Source: an uncultured delta proteobacterium
GTDB lineage: Bacteria > Myxococcota_A > UBA9160 > UBA4427
DNA length: 64,000 nucleotides
Assembly (NCBI GenBank): GCA_963822965.1
Contig: CAWGJT010000005.1
Span: forward strand, 1,248,001 to 1,312,000
Direction: 5' to 3'
This document shows positions 1-10,235 of this stretch, piece after piece. Positions within the stretch are counted from its first letter, which is position 1, and every line of letters starts with the position of its first letter. The notes below the pieces were generated by a model, which was given only the letters and a program-made list of their open reading frames with translations, was not told where the DNA came from and searched no databases. A program made the position numbers and the translations under genes.

Positions 1-762
1 CTTCTGGTAGCGCGAGACGTAGCCGACCTCGCCGGGCTCGCGCTCGTGGCTGACGATCGTCATGGCAATGCGCCAGCCCTCACCGGGGTCGCCGATCATG
101 TTCTCGGCGGAAACGCGCGCGCCGTCGAACACCACCTGCCCGAACTCCTTGGTGATGCCATTGATCATGCGCAGCGGGTACTGCTCGACGCCGGGCTGGT
201 CCATGGGCACGGCAAAGGCCGAGAGCCCCTTGTGCTTCGGCACGTCCGGATCGGTGCGCGCGAGGAGGAAGCACCAGTCGGCGACGTCCGAGTAGCTGGT
301 CCAGATCTTGTGGCCGTCGAGCACGTAGTCGTCGCCGTCGCGCTTGGCGCTGGTACGCAGCGCGGCCAGGTCGGAGCCGGCGTCGGGCTCGCTGAAGCCC
401 TGGCACCAGCGCTCTCGCCCGCTGATCAGGCCGGGCAGGAAGCGCTCCTGGATCGTCTCGCTGCCGTGGGTCGTGATGCCCTGCACGAGGTAGCCGAGGC
501 TCGGACGCGGCGGCGCCCCCGCGGCGGCGAGCTCGTCGTCGAGGATCACGTCGAAGACGGACGGGAGCTCCTGCCCGCCGAAGCGCTTGGGCCAGGAGAG
601 GCCGAAGAAGCCCGCGTCGTAGAGCGCAGTGTGCCACTCGGCCTGGTGCGCCCAGTACTCGTCGTCGGTGGAGGAGGCCGGCAGACGCGGGTTGTTCTCG
701 GCGATCCAGGCGCGCAGGCGCGCGCGGAACTCCGCCTCTTCCGGCGAATCACGAAAGTCCAT
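1..762 (-). CDS. Acyl-CoA dehydrogenase (FadE-type), 3' end runs off the window
   Basis: Manual translation from ATG at 762: MDFRDSPEEAEFRARLRAW...WCQGFSEPDAGSDLAALRT...GHKIWTS...NMIGDPGEGWRIAM; classic ACAD motifs. Absent from the ORF track because it has no stop in the window. Confidence 0.93.
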   Translation of the reverse strand, partial: MDFRDSPEEAEFRARLRAWIAENNPRLPASSTDDEYWAHQAEWHTALYDAGFFGLSWPKRFGGQELPSVFDVILDDELAAAGAPPRPSLGYLVQGITTHGSETIQERFLPGLISGRERWCQGFSEPDAGSDLAALRTSAKRDGDDYVLDGHKIWTSYSDVADWCFLLARTDPDVPKHKGLSAFAVPMDQPGVEQYPLRMINGITKEFGQVVFDGARVSAENMIGDPGEGWRIAMTIVSHEREPGEVGYVSRYQK

Positions 763-1792
763 GGGTCACTCCGAGGCGCGTCTCCCCGAGCTGGCGGAGC
801 ATCTCGCCGTCGTCGCCGAACCAGCGCGAGGAGAGGAGCGCCCGGCGCAGGTAGACGTGGACCATGCAGTCCCAGGTGTTGCCGATGCCGCCGTGCACCT
901 GCACCGCGGTCTCGCAGACGGTACGCGCCGCACGCGCGCAGTACGCCTTGGCGACGCGCCCGGCTGCGCGGGCCTGCTCGGGCGCGAGCGCGTCCACGGC
1001 CCACGCCGGGTACGCGGCCGCGCTCTGTGCGCCCTCGGCGAGCGTGTGGGCTTCAGCGAGCAGGTGCTGCACGGCCTGGAAGCTCCCGATGGCCACGCCG
1101 TACTGCTTGCGGTCCTGCGCGTAGGCGACCGAGGCGAGGGTCACCCCGCGCATGAGCCCGACGAGGTCGGCGCTGGTGAGTGCCAGACCGAGGGCGACCC
1201 ACGCGTCGAGGTCGGCGTGGGTGAGGAGTCGCGAGGGATCGGGGACCGAGAGACAGGGTGTGCCAGCAGGGACCTCCCGGACCGCGCGGGTGAGGTCGGC
1301 ACTGCCAGCGGCACTCGCGACCTCTACGGTTGCGAGTCGGTAGCCGTCGTCTTCGGGGACGAGGACGTAGGCGGTGACCGGGCCCCGAGCGGGCGCGTCG
1401 ACGGCGTGGAGGGTCGCACTGGTGGCACCGCCCGACGTGACAGCGGCATCGACCAGGTCGGCGGAGAAGGCGGCCACGGCGCCTTCCACAGGCTGCACCC
1501 CCGCGCGACGCGCGAGGTCCGCGGCCAGCACCGGGCCCGCGAACGGCACGTCGGCCACCGACTCCGCGAGCGCTTCGGCGATGAGGGCCGCTTCGACCCC
1601 GCTGGCGAGCGGAGCCCCCTCCCCCGCGTCCTCGCGCAGCTCGAGCCAGCCGGCGTCGCGCACGGCCTCGGCCAACCGCGCGCTCCGCTTCTCGTCGTCG
1701 AGCTCGGCCACGCCGCGGCACCCGAGCTCGCGGGCAAGCTGCCGGGCCGTGCGCTGGAGCTCGGCCTGCTCGGGCGTCGGGCGGGTATCCAT
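749..1792 (-). CDS. Acyl-CoA dehydrogenase-like subunit (probable partner in a heteromeric FadE pair)
   Basis: RKQYGVAIGSFQAVQHLLA and VQVHGGIGNTW motifs; overlaps the downstream ACAD start. Confidence 0.9.
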   Translation of the reverse strand: MDTRPTPEQAELQRTARQLARELGCRGVAELDDEKRSARLAEAVRDAGWLELREDAGEGAPLASGVEAALIAEALAESVADVPFAGPVLAADLARRAGVQPVEGAVAAFSADLVDAAVTSGGATSATLHAVDAPARGPVTAYVLVPEDDGYRLATVEVASAAGSADLTRAVREVPAGTPCLSVPDPSRLLTHADLDAWVALGLALTSADLVGLMRGVTLASVAYAQDRKQYGVAIGSFQAVQHLLAEAHTLAEGAQSAAAYPAWAVDALAPEQARAAGRVAKAYCARAARTVCETAVQVHGGIGNTWDCMVHVYLRRALLSSRWFGDDGEMLRQLGETRLGVTHGLS

Positions 1793-1795
1793 GAG

Positions 1796-1834
1796 TGAGA
1801 ATCATATTAACATGAAATGAGAGTCGGGTTGCAA
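1796..1834 (-). promoter_or_regulatory. Sigma70-like promoter overlapped by a tandem operator (copy A of the 38-bp motif)
   Basis: Reverse strand TTGCAA-CCCG-ACTCTC-ATTTCAT-GTTAAT-ATG-ATTCTC; 17-bp -35/-10 spacing; aligns without gaps to copies at 3956, 16664 and 23771. Confidence 0.75.
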
Positions 1835-1886
1835 ATCCGATCCCCGGCCCCCTACCTTGGGCCGCGACGCCGCCCACGGGAGGCCC

Positions 1887-2915
1887 ATGCAACGAGATCA
1901 CGAGTACCACGCGCTCACGGTGGCCGAGGTCGTCGACGAGACCGCGGACGCTCGCTCGTTCGTCCTCGAGGTGCCCCCGGCCCTGGCCGACCGGTTCACC
2001 TACGCGGCCGGCCAGTTCTGCACCTTCCGGGCGGCGGTCGACGGCGAGTCGGTGGCGCGCTGCTACTCCATGTCGAGCTCGCCCGAGGCCGGCGACCCCC
2101 TCACCGTCACGGTGAAGCGGGTGCCGGGAGGCCGCATGTCGAACTGGATGAACGACTGGCTGGCCCCGGGCGATCCGATCGATGTGCTGGTCCCGGCCGG
2201 GCTCTTCGTGCTGCGCGCGGCCGAGACCCCGATCGTGGCCTTCGCGGGCGGCAGCGGTATCACGCCGATCCTCTCGATCGTGAAGACCGCGCTTCTCACC
2301 ACGACGCGCGAGGTCGCGCTGGTGTACGCGAACCGCGACCCGCAGAGCGTTATCTTCGCCGAGGCTATCGAGGCGCTGCGCACGAAGTGGGGCGGGCGCC
2401 TCGCGCTGCACCACCACCTCGACTCCGAGAATGGCTTCCTCGACGCCGCCGCGTGCGCCGAGCTCGTCGCCAACCGCACGGGTGGCGACTTCTACGTGTG
2501 CGGGCCCGGGCCGTTCATGGATGTCGTCGAGGTGGGACTCGCCCGGCTCGGCGTCGAAGCGGAGCGGGTCTTCATCGAGCGCTTCGAGCACTCGCTCGAG
2601 CCCGGGAGCGAAGCGCCCGCGGCCGGGGTCGCGTCCGAGACGGAGTCGCTCGTGGTCCGGATCCGCGGGCGCAAGCACGAGGTCGCCTACCAGCCCGGCG
2701 AGAGCATCCTGCACGCCGTCCGGCGCGCGGGCCTCAAGCCGCCGTCGGCGTGCGAGGCCGGGGCCTGCGGGACCTGCATGGCCCGGGTCGTCGCAGGCAA
2801 GGCAACCATGCGCGTCAACAACGCCCTCGACGCCGACGAGGTCGAGGAAGGCTACGTGCTGACCTGTCAGGCGACTCCGGCGAGCCACGAGGTCGTCGTC
2901 GACTACGAGGCTTGA
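1887..2915 (+). CDS. FAD/NAD-binding ferredoxin reductase with C-terminal 2Fe-2S domain (KshB/PaaE-like oxygenase reductase)
   Basis: RCYSMSS, FAGGSGITP, YVCGPGPFM, SACEAGACGTC...LTCQA. Confidence 0.92.
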   Translation: MQRDHEYHALTVAEVVDETADARSFVLEVPPALADRFTYAAGQFCTFRAAVDGESVARCYSMSSSPEAGDPLTVTVKRVPGGRMSNWMNDWLAPGDPIDVLVPAGLFVLRAAETPIVAFAGGSGITPILSIVKTALLTTTREVALVYANRDPQSVIFAEAIEALRTKWGGRLALHHHLDSENGFLDAAACAELVANRTGGDFYVCGPGPFMDVVEVGLARLGVEAERVFIERFEHSLEPGSEAPAAGVASETESLVVRIRGRKHEVAYQPGESILHAVRRAGLKPPSACEAGACGTCMARVVAGKATMRVNNALDADEVEEGYVLTCQATPASHEVVVDYEA

Positions 2916-2946
2916 GGGGCCGGCTCCCGCTGTCTCCGGCGCGAGC

Positions 2947-3900
2947 TCACAGCTCGGGGGCGAGCGAAGCCAGGAACTCGAGCGTGCGCCGGCGCGACTC
3001 GATGCGGGACTCGCGGTCGCGCCCGAGCGCGACCACGCGCACGGCCAGGTCCGTCGTGCCGGCGTCCTTGAACGCGCGCAGGCGCTCGCGCACGGCCGAC
3101 TCGTCGCCGGCCGCGAGGATGTCGCCTTCGCTCTTCGCGTCGCCCCGGTCGAGCAGCCGCTGGTAGTTCTCGCAGTACTCGGAGTGTCCGAGCAGCCGGT
3201 TCGCCCAGTCGCGCGCGGCGTCGACCTCGTCGTCGGGGCAGAGCGCGACAGGGACGCCGGTGACCACGCGGGGCGCGGGGCGGCCGGCCTCGGCCGCCGC
3301 CTTCGTGATGCGCGGGACGACGTGCTCCCCGACGGCTCGCTCGTCGGCCAGCCACAGGATCGTCCCGGACGCATGCTCGCCCGCGACGCGCAGCATGACG
3401 GGAGCCAGCGCGGCGAGCAGGACCGGGGTCGACTGCCAGTCGCTGACGTCCATCGGACTGTGCACGCGGAACTGGTCGTTCTCGACGTCCACGGAGCCAG
3501 GCCCTGCGAGCGCGGGGTTCAGGACCTCGAGGTAGTTGCGCATGAGGTGTGCCGGTCGCTCGTAGGGGAGGCCCAGCTGGCCGTCGATCACCCAGTCGTG
3601 TGAGACGCCGATGCCGAGCGCGAAGCGGCCCTCGCTCACGGCCTGGACCGACATCACCTCCTGGGCCATGGCGATGGGATGCCGCGTCTGGATCGGCACG
3701 ACCGCGGTCCCGAGCTCGATGCGCTCCGTCGCCTGCGCGGCCAGCGTGATGGCCACGAAGGCGTCGAAGTCGCCCGGGATCTGGGGCAGCCAGATCGAGG
3801 TGAAGCCGTCGCGCTCCGCCGCCGCCGCGTCCGCAGCCAGCTGCGCGGCCTTCTGGCGGTAGCGGCCGCGCTCCGGGCCCATCATCAAGCCAACCCGCAT
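2947..3900 (-). CDS. LLM-class (probably F420-dependent) oxidoreductase
   Basis: ATERIELGTAVVPIQTRHP, GRFALGIGVSH, LAALAPVMLRVAGE; start MRVGLMMG at 3900. Confidence 0.88.
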   Translation of the reverse strand: MRVGLMMGPERGRYRQKAAQLAADAAAAERDGFTSIWLPQIPGDFDAFVAITLAAQATERIELGTAVVPIQTRHPIAMAQEVMSVQAVSEGRFALGIGVSHDWVIDGQLGLPYERPAHLMRNYLEVLNPALAGPGSVDVENDQFRVHSPMDVSDWQSTPVLLAALAPVMLRVAGEHASGTILWLADERAVGEHVVPRITKAAAEAGRPAPRVVTGVPVALCPDDEVDAARDWANRLLGHSEYCENYQRLLDRGDAKSEGDILAAGDESAVRERLRAFKDAGTTDLAVRVVALGRDRESRIESRRRTLEFLASLAPEL

Positions 3901-3955
3901 GCTCGCCGCCTCCGTTCGACCCCCGGCGGCCCACACTAGCCGCGGCCCGACGCGG

Positions 3956-3994
3956 TGGCAATTCGGTTCTCATTCTGAGAGAATCGAGATCTCA
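3956..3994 (+). promoter_or_regulatory. Promoter/operator copy B, upstream of tetR
   Basis: TGGCAA-TTCG-GTTCTC-ATTCTGA-GAGAAT-CGA-GATCTC. Confidence 0.75.
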
Positions 3995-4128
3995 CCGACC
4001 CGGGGCTGCGACGGGAGGAGACCGTGGAGGTGGGAGCCCGGTTGTTCAACGGCGCGACCTCGGGCGCGCCGCCCGCTCTCCAGCGCGGGCGCGGACCCTC
4101 CGCGGTCACGCGGAGGCAAGGAGCTGCG

Positions 4129-4806
4129 ATGGCGGGAGCCGACGACGGGAAGGACGGAGACAAGAAGGGCTGGCGCCAGCGGGCGGTCGCGAAGAGCCTC
4201 TCGGCGGCGCGCACGCGCGCGGAGCAGCGCGTGCAGCGGCTTCTCACCGCGGCCTTCGAGCTGATCGACGAGAAGGGGACAGCCGAGTTCACGATCCAGG
4301 AGGTCGTCGACCGCTCGGGCCAGTCGTTGCGCGGCTTCTACCAGTACTTCGAGGGCAAGGACGAGCTGCTCTTCGCGCTGCTCGAGGAGAGCATCGAAGA
4401 GGCCCTCACAGACCTCCGCGAGGTGGCTGCGTCCGAGACCGATCCGCTCGCCCGTCTGCGCGCCTTCACGATCCGGCTGCACGAGTGGTGCGAGCCGGTC
4501 GGGGCGACGCGCAAGCGCGGCTCCCACGATCGCGTGCCGCTCTCGGAGTTCTCGATGCAGCTCGCCCTCAAGGACCCCGGGCGCCTGGCCCTGGCCATGG
4601 CACCCATCTCGGGCATGGTGACCGAGCTGCTCGAGGCTGCGATCGCGGAAGGCGTCCTCGAGGTGGCCGAGCCGCGCCGGGCCGCACTGCTGATCCAGCA
4701 GACGGTCATGTACGGCTGGTTCATGAACCGCCTCATCCCGAACCAGCGCGCACGCGTAACCGCCGAAGACGCGTGGGAGTTCTGCCTCCACGGTATCGGC
4801 GGCTGA
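4129..4806 (+). CDS. TetR/AcrR family transcriptional regulator
   Basis: N-terminal HTH: FTIQEVVDRSGQSLRGFYQYFEGKDELL; AGGAG RBS before ATG 4129. Confidence 0.93.
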   Translation: MAGADDGKDGDKKGWRQRAVAKSLSAARTRAEQRVQRLLTAAFELIDEKGTAEFTIQEVVDRSGQSLRGFYQYFEGKDELLFALLEESIEEALTDLREVAASETDPLARLRAFTIRLHEWCEPVGATRKRGSHDRVPLSEFSMQLALKDPGRLALAMAPISGMVTELLEAAIAEGVLEVAEPRRAALLIQQTVMYGWFMNRLIPNQRARVTAEDAWEFCLHGIGG

Positions 4807-4847
4807 CGGGACCACGGGGGCGCGAGCACCGCGACGGAGGAGCGACC

Positions 4848-5999
4848 ATGCAGGCACTGAGAGCTACGGCGGAGATCCCCGCCGAGGCCTTGGACGCCCG
4901 TCCGGAGTCCACCTTCAAGCCCGTCCAGGCCTGGGCCTTCGCTGGAGGCGTGCTCCTGGTCTTCCAGCTCTACGTCTGGGCCAGGTGGATCACCGGGCCG
5001 TACTTCGTGGAGGTGCCCTCCGGACCCAGCGTGCCCCCGACCTGGATGCAGAACGTCCTCGTCACCTGGACCGGGGTCATCGTGCTGGGGTTCCCCGTCG
5101 CCATCTACTACTTCCTCATCAAGCCCTGGCGCCGGGAAGGGCGCATCACGAACGACGGCATGCTGTTGGGTGCGTTCGCCCTGCTGTTCTTCCAGGACCC
5201 GTTGTTGAACTACCTGAACACCTGGTGCACGTACAACTCCTGGCTCTGGAACCGGGGCTCGTGGGTGCAGGACATCCCCGGCTGGGTTTCCTGGGGCCAG
5301 CCCGGGGCGATGATGCCCGAGCCGCTCCTGATGAACGCCCCCGGCTACTCGTTCGGGGTCCTCATGTGCACGATGCTCGGATGCTGGGCGATGCGGCGCG
5401 CCAAGCTGCGGTGGCCGAACCTCGGCGTCCCCGGACTGCTCGGCGTCCTGATCGTCTTCACCTTCTTCTTCGACGTCGTGATGGAAGCGTTCTTCCTGAT
5501 GCCGATGGGCCTCTTCACCTACCCCGGCGCCATCCGGTCCCTGTCGATCTTCCCCGACACCTACCATCAGTATCCGATCTACCAGGGGCTGATGTGGGGG
5601 GCCGTCCAGGCCGGGTTCTGCTCGCTCCGCTTCTTCACGGACGACCGCGGCCGAACCTTCGCCGAGCGCGGCCTGGAACGGGTCCAGGGTGGTGCCTTCA
5701 AGAAGGAGTCCATGCGCTTCCTGGCCATCTTCGCGGCGATCAGCGTGTTCTTCTTCGCGTTCTACAACCTCCCGGCCCAGTGGCTCGCGATGCACGCCGA
5801 CCCCTGGCCGGAGGACATCCAGAAGCGCTCGTACTTCACCATGGGCATCTGCGGGGAAGGCACGGGACGGCTCTGCCCGCATCCGGCCCTTCCGATCGAC
5901 CAGGGCGAGACCTCTGCCTACATCGCTCCGGACGGCAGCGTGGTCCTCCCCGAAGGCGTCGCGCTCCCGAAGATCGTTCCCTTCGAGCGGGCGGAGTGA
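4848..5999 (+). CDS. Spirocyclase AveC-family integral membrane protein
   Basis: Multiple TM segments; FFQDPLLNY...YNSWLWNRGSW...PG...EP pattern recalled for the AveC family; GGAGG RBS. Confidence 0.75.
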   Translation: MQALRATAEIPAEALDARPESTFKPVQAWAFAGGVLLVFQLYVWARWITGPYFVEVPSGPSVPPTWMQNVLVTWTGVIVLGFPVAIYYFLIKPWRREGRITNDGMLLGAFALLFFQDPLLNYLNTWCTYNSWLWNRGSWVQDIPGWVSWGQPGAMMPEPLLMNAPGYSFGVLMCTMLGCWAMRRAKLRWPNLGVPGLLGVLIVFTFFFDVVMEAFFLMPMGLFTYPGAIRSLSIFPDTYHQYPIYQGLMWGAVQAGFCSLRFFTDDRGRTFAERGLERVQGGAFKKESMRFLAIFAAISVFFFAFYNLPAQWLAMHADPWPEDIQKRSYFTMGICGEGTGRLCPHPALPIDQGETSAYIAPDGSVVLPEGVALPKIVPFERAE

Positions 6000-6000
6000 G

Positions 6001-6791
6001 ATGTCGACCGCAGAGCGCCGTACTACCGGGCAGTCGGAAACGAGGTGGAGGTGTTTCGGGCCGCGGCTCGCCGCGGCCTGCCCGTGCTGCTGAAAGGACC
6101 GACCGGCTGCGGGAAGACCCGCTTCGTGGAGGCCATGGCCCACGAGCTGGGCCGGGAGCTCATCACCGTGTCCGGTCACGAGGACCTCACCTCGGCCGAT
6201 CTGGTGGGACGGTTCCTTCTGAAGGGCGGGGAAACGACCTGGGTGGACGGGCCGTTGACCCGGGCGGTGCGGCAGGGCGCCATCTGTTACCTGGACGAGA
6301 TCGTGGAGGCGCGCCAGGACACCACGGTGGTCATCCACCCCCTCGCCGACCATCGCCGCGAGCTCCCCGTCGACCGACTCGGCATCTCGCTCCGAGCGGC
6401 GCCGGGGTTCCAGCTGGTGATCTCGTACAACCCCGGCTACCAGAGCGTCCTCAAGAACCTGAAGGAGTCGACCCGCCAACGCTTCGTGTCCATCGAGCTC
6501 GACTTCCACCCTGCCGACGTCGAGACCGAGGTGGTCGCCCATGAAGCGCGCATCGACCTGGAGACCGCGCAGACCCTCGTCAAGGTCGGAGAGGCGATCC
6601 GCCACCTCGAGGGCTCGCCCCTGCCCGAGGTGGCCTCGACCCGGACGCTGATCTCGGCCGGCGAGCTCGCCGCCGAAGGGCTCGACCTGCGCAGCGCGAT
6701 CGAGTCGGCCGTCGTCCAGACCCTCTCCGACGACCCGGATGTCGTCCGCGCGCTCGGCGAGCTCGTGGACGCCTTCGTTCCCCCGTCGTGA
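6001..6791 (+). CDS. CbbQ/NirQ/NorQ-type MoxR AAA+ ATPase (1-nt frameshift near 6019)
   Basis: Walker A GPTGCGKT, YLDEIVEARQD, SYNPGYQS...KESTRQRF. Restoring one C gives the expected N-terminus MSTAERPYYRAVGNEVEVF from ATG 6001. Confidence 0.92.
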
Positions 6792-8542
6792 CCGCGACCG
6801 ACTCGGACGCCCCCGACCCGGGCCGCTTCCGGCTCCTCGCCACCTCCGTCGCCGGACGACCCCTCGGAGTCGCCGAGGCACGGACGGGGGAGCCTCCGCA
6901 CACGGACGGACGGCTCGTCTTCGTTTCGGCGGGTCGTCCCGTCTCCGAGCAGCGCCGGGAGGTCCTCGTCCAGGCCGCTCTCCTCGGAGCTGGGAGCCTC
7001 GATCACCCGAGGATCCGACCGCTGCGTGGACGCCCGAAGCTCGCCCGCCGCTACCTGGCGCTCGAAGGTCACCGGGTGCTCACCGAGCTGGCCGGGCGGA
7101 TTCCGCTGGCGGCCGCGCTCTGCCCGAGAGAGACGGCGACCACGGCGACCGCCGACGAGTCCCTCGAGCTGGCCCGGAGCCGGAGCAGCATCGCCGATGC
7201 GCCCGCATGGTTCGGGGCCATCCGCCCTTCCCGGCTGCTGGGTGCGCCGGACGGCGGACCGGGCGCGCGGCCGGGCAACGACGATCTCCGTCTCCGGTTC
7301 CGCCCGACCGACGTTCCCGAAACGGAGGACGACGGAGACGCGGAACAAGGCGGTCGAAGCAGGATCCTCGAGCTGTTCGCGAGCCCGCTCGCTTCCGACA
7401 CGTTCTCGGACTTCTTCCACAAGCTGCTCGGCAGCTCCCGCTCCCCTGGCAGTGGTGCGGGCAATGGCGCGGGCGATGGTGCGGCCGGCGAGGGAACGGC
7501 GACGCGGTCACTGCGGCGGGTGGCGGGCGTGGGACCGGACGCACGGCCCGTTCCCGTCCCAATCCGAGTCACCGGCGAGACGCCCGGCGCGGCGACTGGC
7601 GTGGGCGGCGCCCTCTACCCGGAGTGGGACGTCCACAGGAGCCGCTACAAGCCGGAGCACTGCCGGGTCATCGAGTTCCCGCTGCGGACGACCCCGGACC
7701 TGACGGCTGCCGGTGTCGCCCGCGACGAGGTGCTCCGCCGACGCCTGACCCGTCTCGGCCTCGGCCCCAGGGTCGTCCGCCGCCAGCCCGATGGCGACGA
7801 CCTCGACGTCGAGGCACTCACCGACCTGTTCGTCGATCTGCATGCAGGCTACTCCCCGCCCGAGCGCGTCTACCTGGAGCGCCGCAAGCTCGATCGCGAC
7901 CTCGGCGTCCTGATCCTCGTCGACGCCTCCGGCTCTGCGACCGACACCGATCCGGCAGGCCTCTCCGTCCACGAGCACCAACGCCGGGCCGCCACCACCC
8001 TGGCCGTCACCCTCGAAGAGCTCGGCGACCAGGTCGCCGTCTACGGCTTCCGGTCCCACGGTCGAGGGTCGGTCCACCTGCTGGCCCTCAAACGTTTCGG
8101 GCAGCGCTTCGGCGCGGGCGGGCGCGCTCGACTCAACCAGCTGAGACCCGACGGCTACACCCGCCTCGGCGCCGGCATCCGCCATGCCGGCGAGATCCTC
8201 AAGCAAGAGGCCGGCACCCCGAATCGCCTGCTGCTCGTGCTCTCCGACGGCTTTCCCTACGACGACGGCTACGAGTCCCGCTATGCCGAGGCCGACAGCA
8301 GCAAGGCCCTCGAGGAGCTCCGGGCCGACGGCGTCGCGTGCCTCTGCCTCTCCATCGGCGGCTCCACTCCGCCCGACGCCCTCCAGCGCGTCTTCGGGTC
8401 GGCCAGCCACGCGAGCGCCCCGACCCTCGCCGACCTGAGCCCCCGCATGGACGAGCTCTTCCTCGTCGCCCTCCGGGAGCTCGCGGCGCCGAACCTGCGC
8501 GATCCCCGTCGTCGGCGGGCTTCGACGCGAGGGAGCGCATGA
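6788..8542 (+). CDS. NorD/CbbO-like VWA domain protein
   Basis: YPEWD, MIDAS DASGS, GYTRLGAGIRHA, LLVLSDGFPYD; coupled to the norQ-like gene. Confidence 0.9.
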   Translation: MTATDSDAPDPGRFRLLATSVAGRPLGVAEARTGEPPHTDGRLVFVSAGRPVSEQRREVLVQAALLGAGSLDHPRIRPLRGRPKLARRYLALEGHRVLTELAGRIPLAAALCPRETATTATADESLELARSRSSIADAPAWFGAIRPSRLLGAPDGGPGARPGNDDLRLRFRPTDVPETEDDGDAEQGGRSRILELFASPLASDTFSDFFHKLLGSSRSPGSGAGNGAGDGAAGEGTATRSLRRVAGVGPDARPVPVPIRVTGETPGAATGVGGALYPEWDVHRSRYKPEHCRVIEFPLRTTPDLTAAGVARDEVLRRRLTRLGLGPRVVRRQPDGDDLDVEALTDLFVDLHAGYSPPERVYLERRKLDRDLGVLILVDASGSATDTDPAGLSVHEHQRRAATTLAVTLEELGDQVAVYGFRSHGRGSVHLLALKRFGQRFGAGGRARLNQLRPDGYTRLGAGIRHAGEILKQEAGTPNRLLLVLSDGFPYDDGYESRYAEADSSKALEELRADGVACLCLSIGGSTPPDALQRVFGSASHASAPTLADLSPRMDELFLVALRELAAPNLRDPRRRRASTRGSA

Positions 8543-9522
8543 AGATCCTGCTGACCGGCGCATTCGGCAATCTGGGCAGCCTGGTCATCGAAGAGCTTCT
8601 CGATCGGAATCACGACGTCGCGGCCTTCGACGTGGCGAGCAAGACCAATCGGAAGGTGGCCAAGGGCATCGGGGACCACCCGAACCTGGAGGTCGTGTGG
8701 GGAGACATCCGCGACGAGGATCAGGTGGCGTCCCTGGTTCACCGGGTCGACGCGGTCATCCACCTGGCTGCCGTCATCGCGCCGTTCTCCGAGAAGAATC
8801 CGGAGCTGGCCCACGCAGTGAACGTGGAAGGCACGGAGCACGTCCTGCGGGCGATCCGCACGGCACCGAGCCCTCCCCTGATGGTCTTCAGCTCGTCGAT
8901 CTCCGTCTTCGGCCCGAGGCAGAAGGGGGCTCCGCTCTGTACGCCTGGCGACGAGCTGGTGCGGACCGACCACTACTCCGGTCACAAGATCCACTGCGAA
9001 GAGCGGATCCGGGCGCTGGAATCCCGTTGGGCCATCCTGCGATTGGCAGGGATGGTCGATTCCCGCATGCGCCAGCGCGATCCGCTGCAGGCTCGGATGG
9101 GTTTCGCGCTGGCGCCCGACAACCCCGTGGAGTACGTCCACCCCAAGGACGCGGCGACGGCCCTCGCCAACGTCCTGGAGAGACCCGAAGCGCACAATCA
9201 GATCCATCTCATCGGCGGTGGCAAGGACTGCCAGGTGACCACGCTGGAGATGACCCAGACGATGATGGGTGCGATCGGCATCACGATCAACGCAGACGAC
9301 CTGGGGAACGAACCGACCTACGCGGCCTGGCTCGACACGACCGAATCGCAGAGGCAGCTGTCATTCCAGAGGCACACGGTCGAGGACTTCCGGCGAGAGT
9401 GCTTCGAGCGATTCCGGTTCGTTCGACCCTTCGTGAGACCCCTGTCTCCGCTGATCATGACGGCCATGAAGCTGTGGCTTCGACCCAGCGCGACCGAGAA
9501 TCGGGGAGATCCGAGAGGATGA
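8539..9522 (+). CDS. NAD-dependent epimerase/dehydratase (extended SDR)
   Basis: MKILLTGAFGNLG, VIHLAA, YSGHK catalytic motif. Confidence 0.9.
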   Translation: MKILLTGAFGNLGSLVIEELLDRNHDVAAFDVASKTNRKVAKGIGDHPNLEVVWGDIRDEDQVASLVHRVDAVIHLAAVIAPFSEKNPELAHAVNVEGTEHVLRAIRTAPSPPLMVFSSSISVFGPRQKGAPLCTPGDELVRTDHYSGHKIHCEERIRALESRWAILRLAGMVDSRMRQRDPLQARMGFALAPDNPVEYVHPKDAATALANVLERPEAHNQIHLIGGGKDCQVTTLEMTQTMMGAIGITINADDLGNEPTYAAWLDTTESQRQLSFQRHTVEDFRRECFERFRFVRPFVRPLSPLIMTAMKLWLRPSATENRGDPRG

Positions 9523-10235
9523 GGCGAGCCGACGGCGAGGTGATCCTGCTCTGGGCGTTGCCGGTGGTGGGAGTCCTCTGGCTGTCTGCGTTCCTGCTGT
9601 TCCCGGGCTTCGTCCAACCGATGTCGCCCGCGATGTCGGCCGAGGAGGTCGCCGCCTTCTACCGCGACCCCGAGAACCTCCCGCGCATCCGCTACAGCAT
9701 GATCCTCTTCAACTGGTTTGCGGTGGGCCTGATCCCGGTCCTCGCTCTGATCGTGTTGCAGATCCGCCGGATGGCCCACCGCACGCCGATCTTCTCCTAC
9801 GCGATACTCGCGTGCGCGGCGGGCGGCCCCACGATCTTCCTCATGGCCAACCTGTTCTGGCTCCTCGCCGCCTTCCGCCCGGACCGCGATCCGGAGCTGA
9901 CCCTCCTGCTCAACGACCTCGCGTGGGTGACCTTCTCGAGTCAGGTCGGGTTCCTGATCGCACAGAATGTGATCCTCGCCCTCGCGATCCATCTCGACCG
10001 ACAGAAGCGACCCGTCTTCCAGCCCTGGGTGGCGCACTTCAATCTCGTCGTCGCCGCTCTGCTGATCCCGGCTGCCTTCGTGGGGGCAGCCATGACGGGC
10101 CCCGTCGCCTGGGACGGCCTGCTGACCTTCTGGGTGCGAAACATCGCCATCGGCCTCTGGATCGTCGTGATGGGCGTCGTGCTCGGCCAGACGATCAAAC
10201 GCCAGCGGGTCGAAGACGAGGCAGAGGCGGCATGA
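9519..10235 (+). CDS. Uncharacterised integral membrane protein (paralog of the next gene)
   Basis: About 6 hydrophobic segments; RPDRDPEL and GPVAWDG motifs; ATGA coupling. Confidence 0.85.
   Translation: MRRADGEVILLWALPVVGVLWLSAFLLFPGFVQPMSPAMSAEEVAAFYRDPENLPRIRYSMILFNWFAVGLIPVLALIVLQIRRMAHRTPIFSYAILACAAGGPTIFLMANLFWLLAAFRPDRDPELTLLLNDLAWVTFSSQVGFLIAQNVILALAIHLDRQKRPVFQPWVAHFNLVVAALLIPAAFVGAAMTGPVAWDGLLTFWVRNIAIGLWIVVMGVVLGQTIKRQRVEDEAEAA

Noticed and set aside
1796..1812. GAGAAT motif as a Fur box
   Set aside because: Half-sites are separated by 3 bp rather than the 7-1-7 arrangement, and the genes are catabolic with a local TetR. Not fully excluded.
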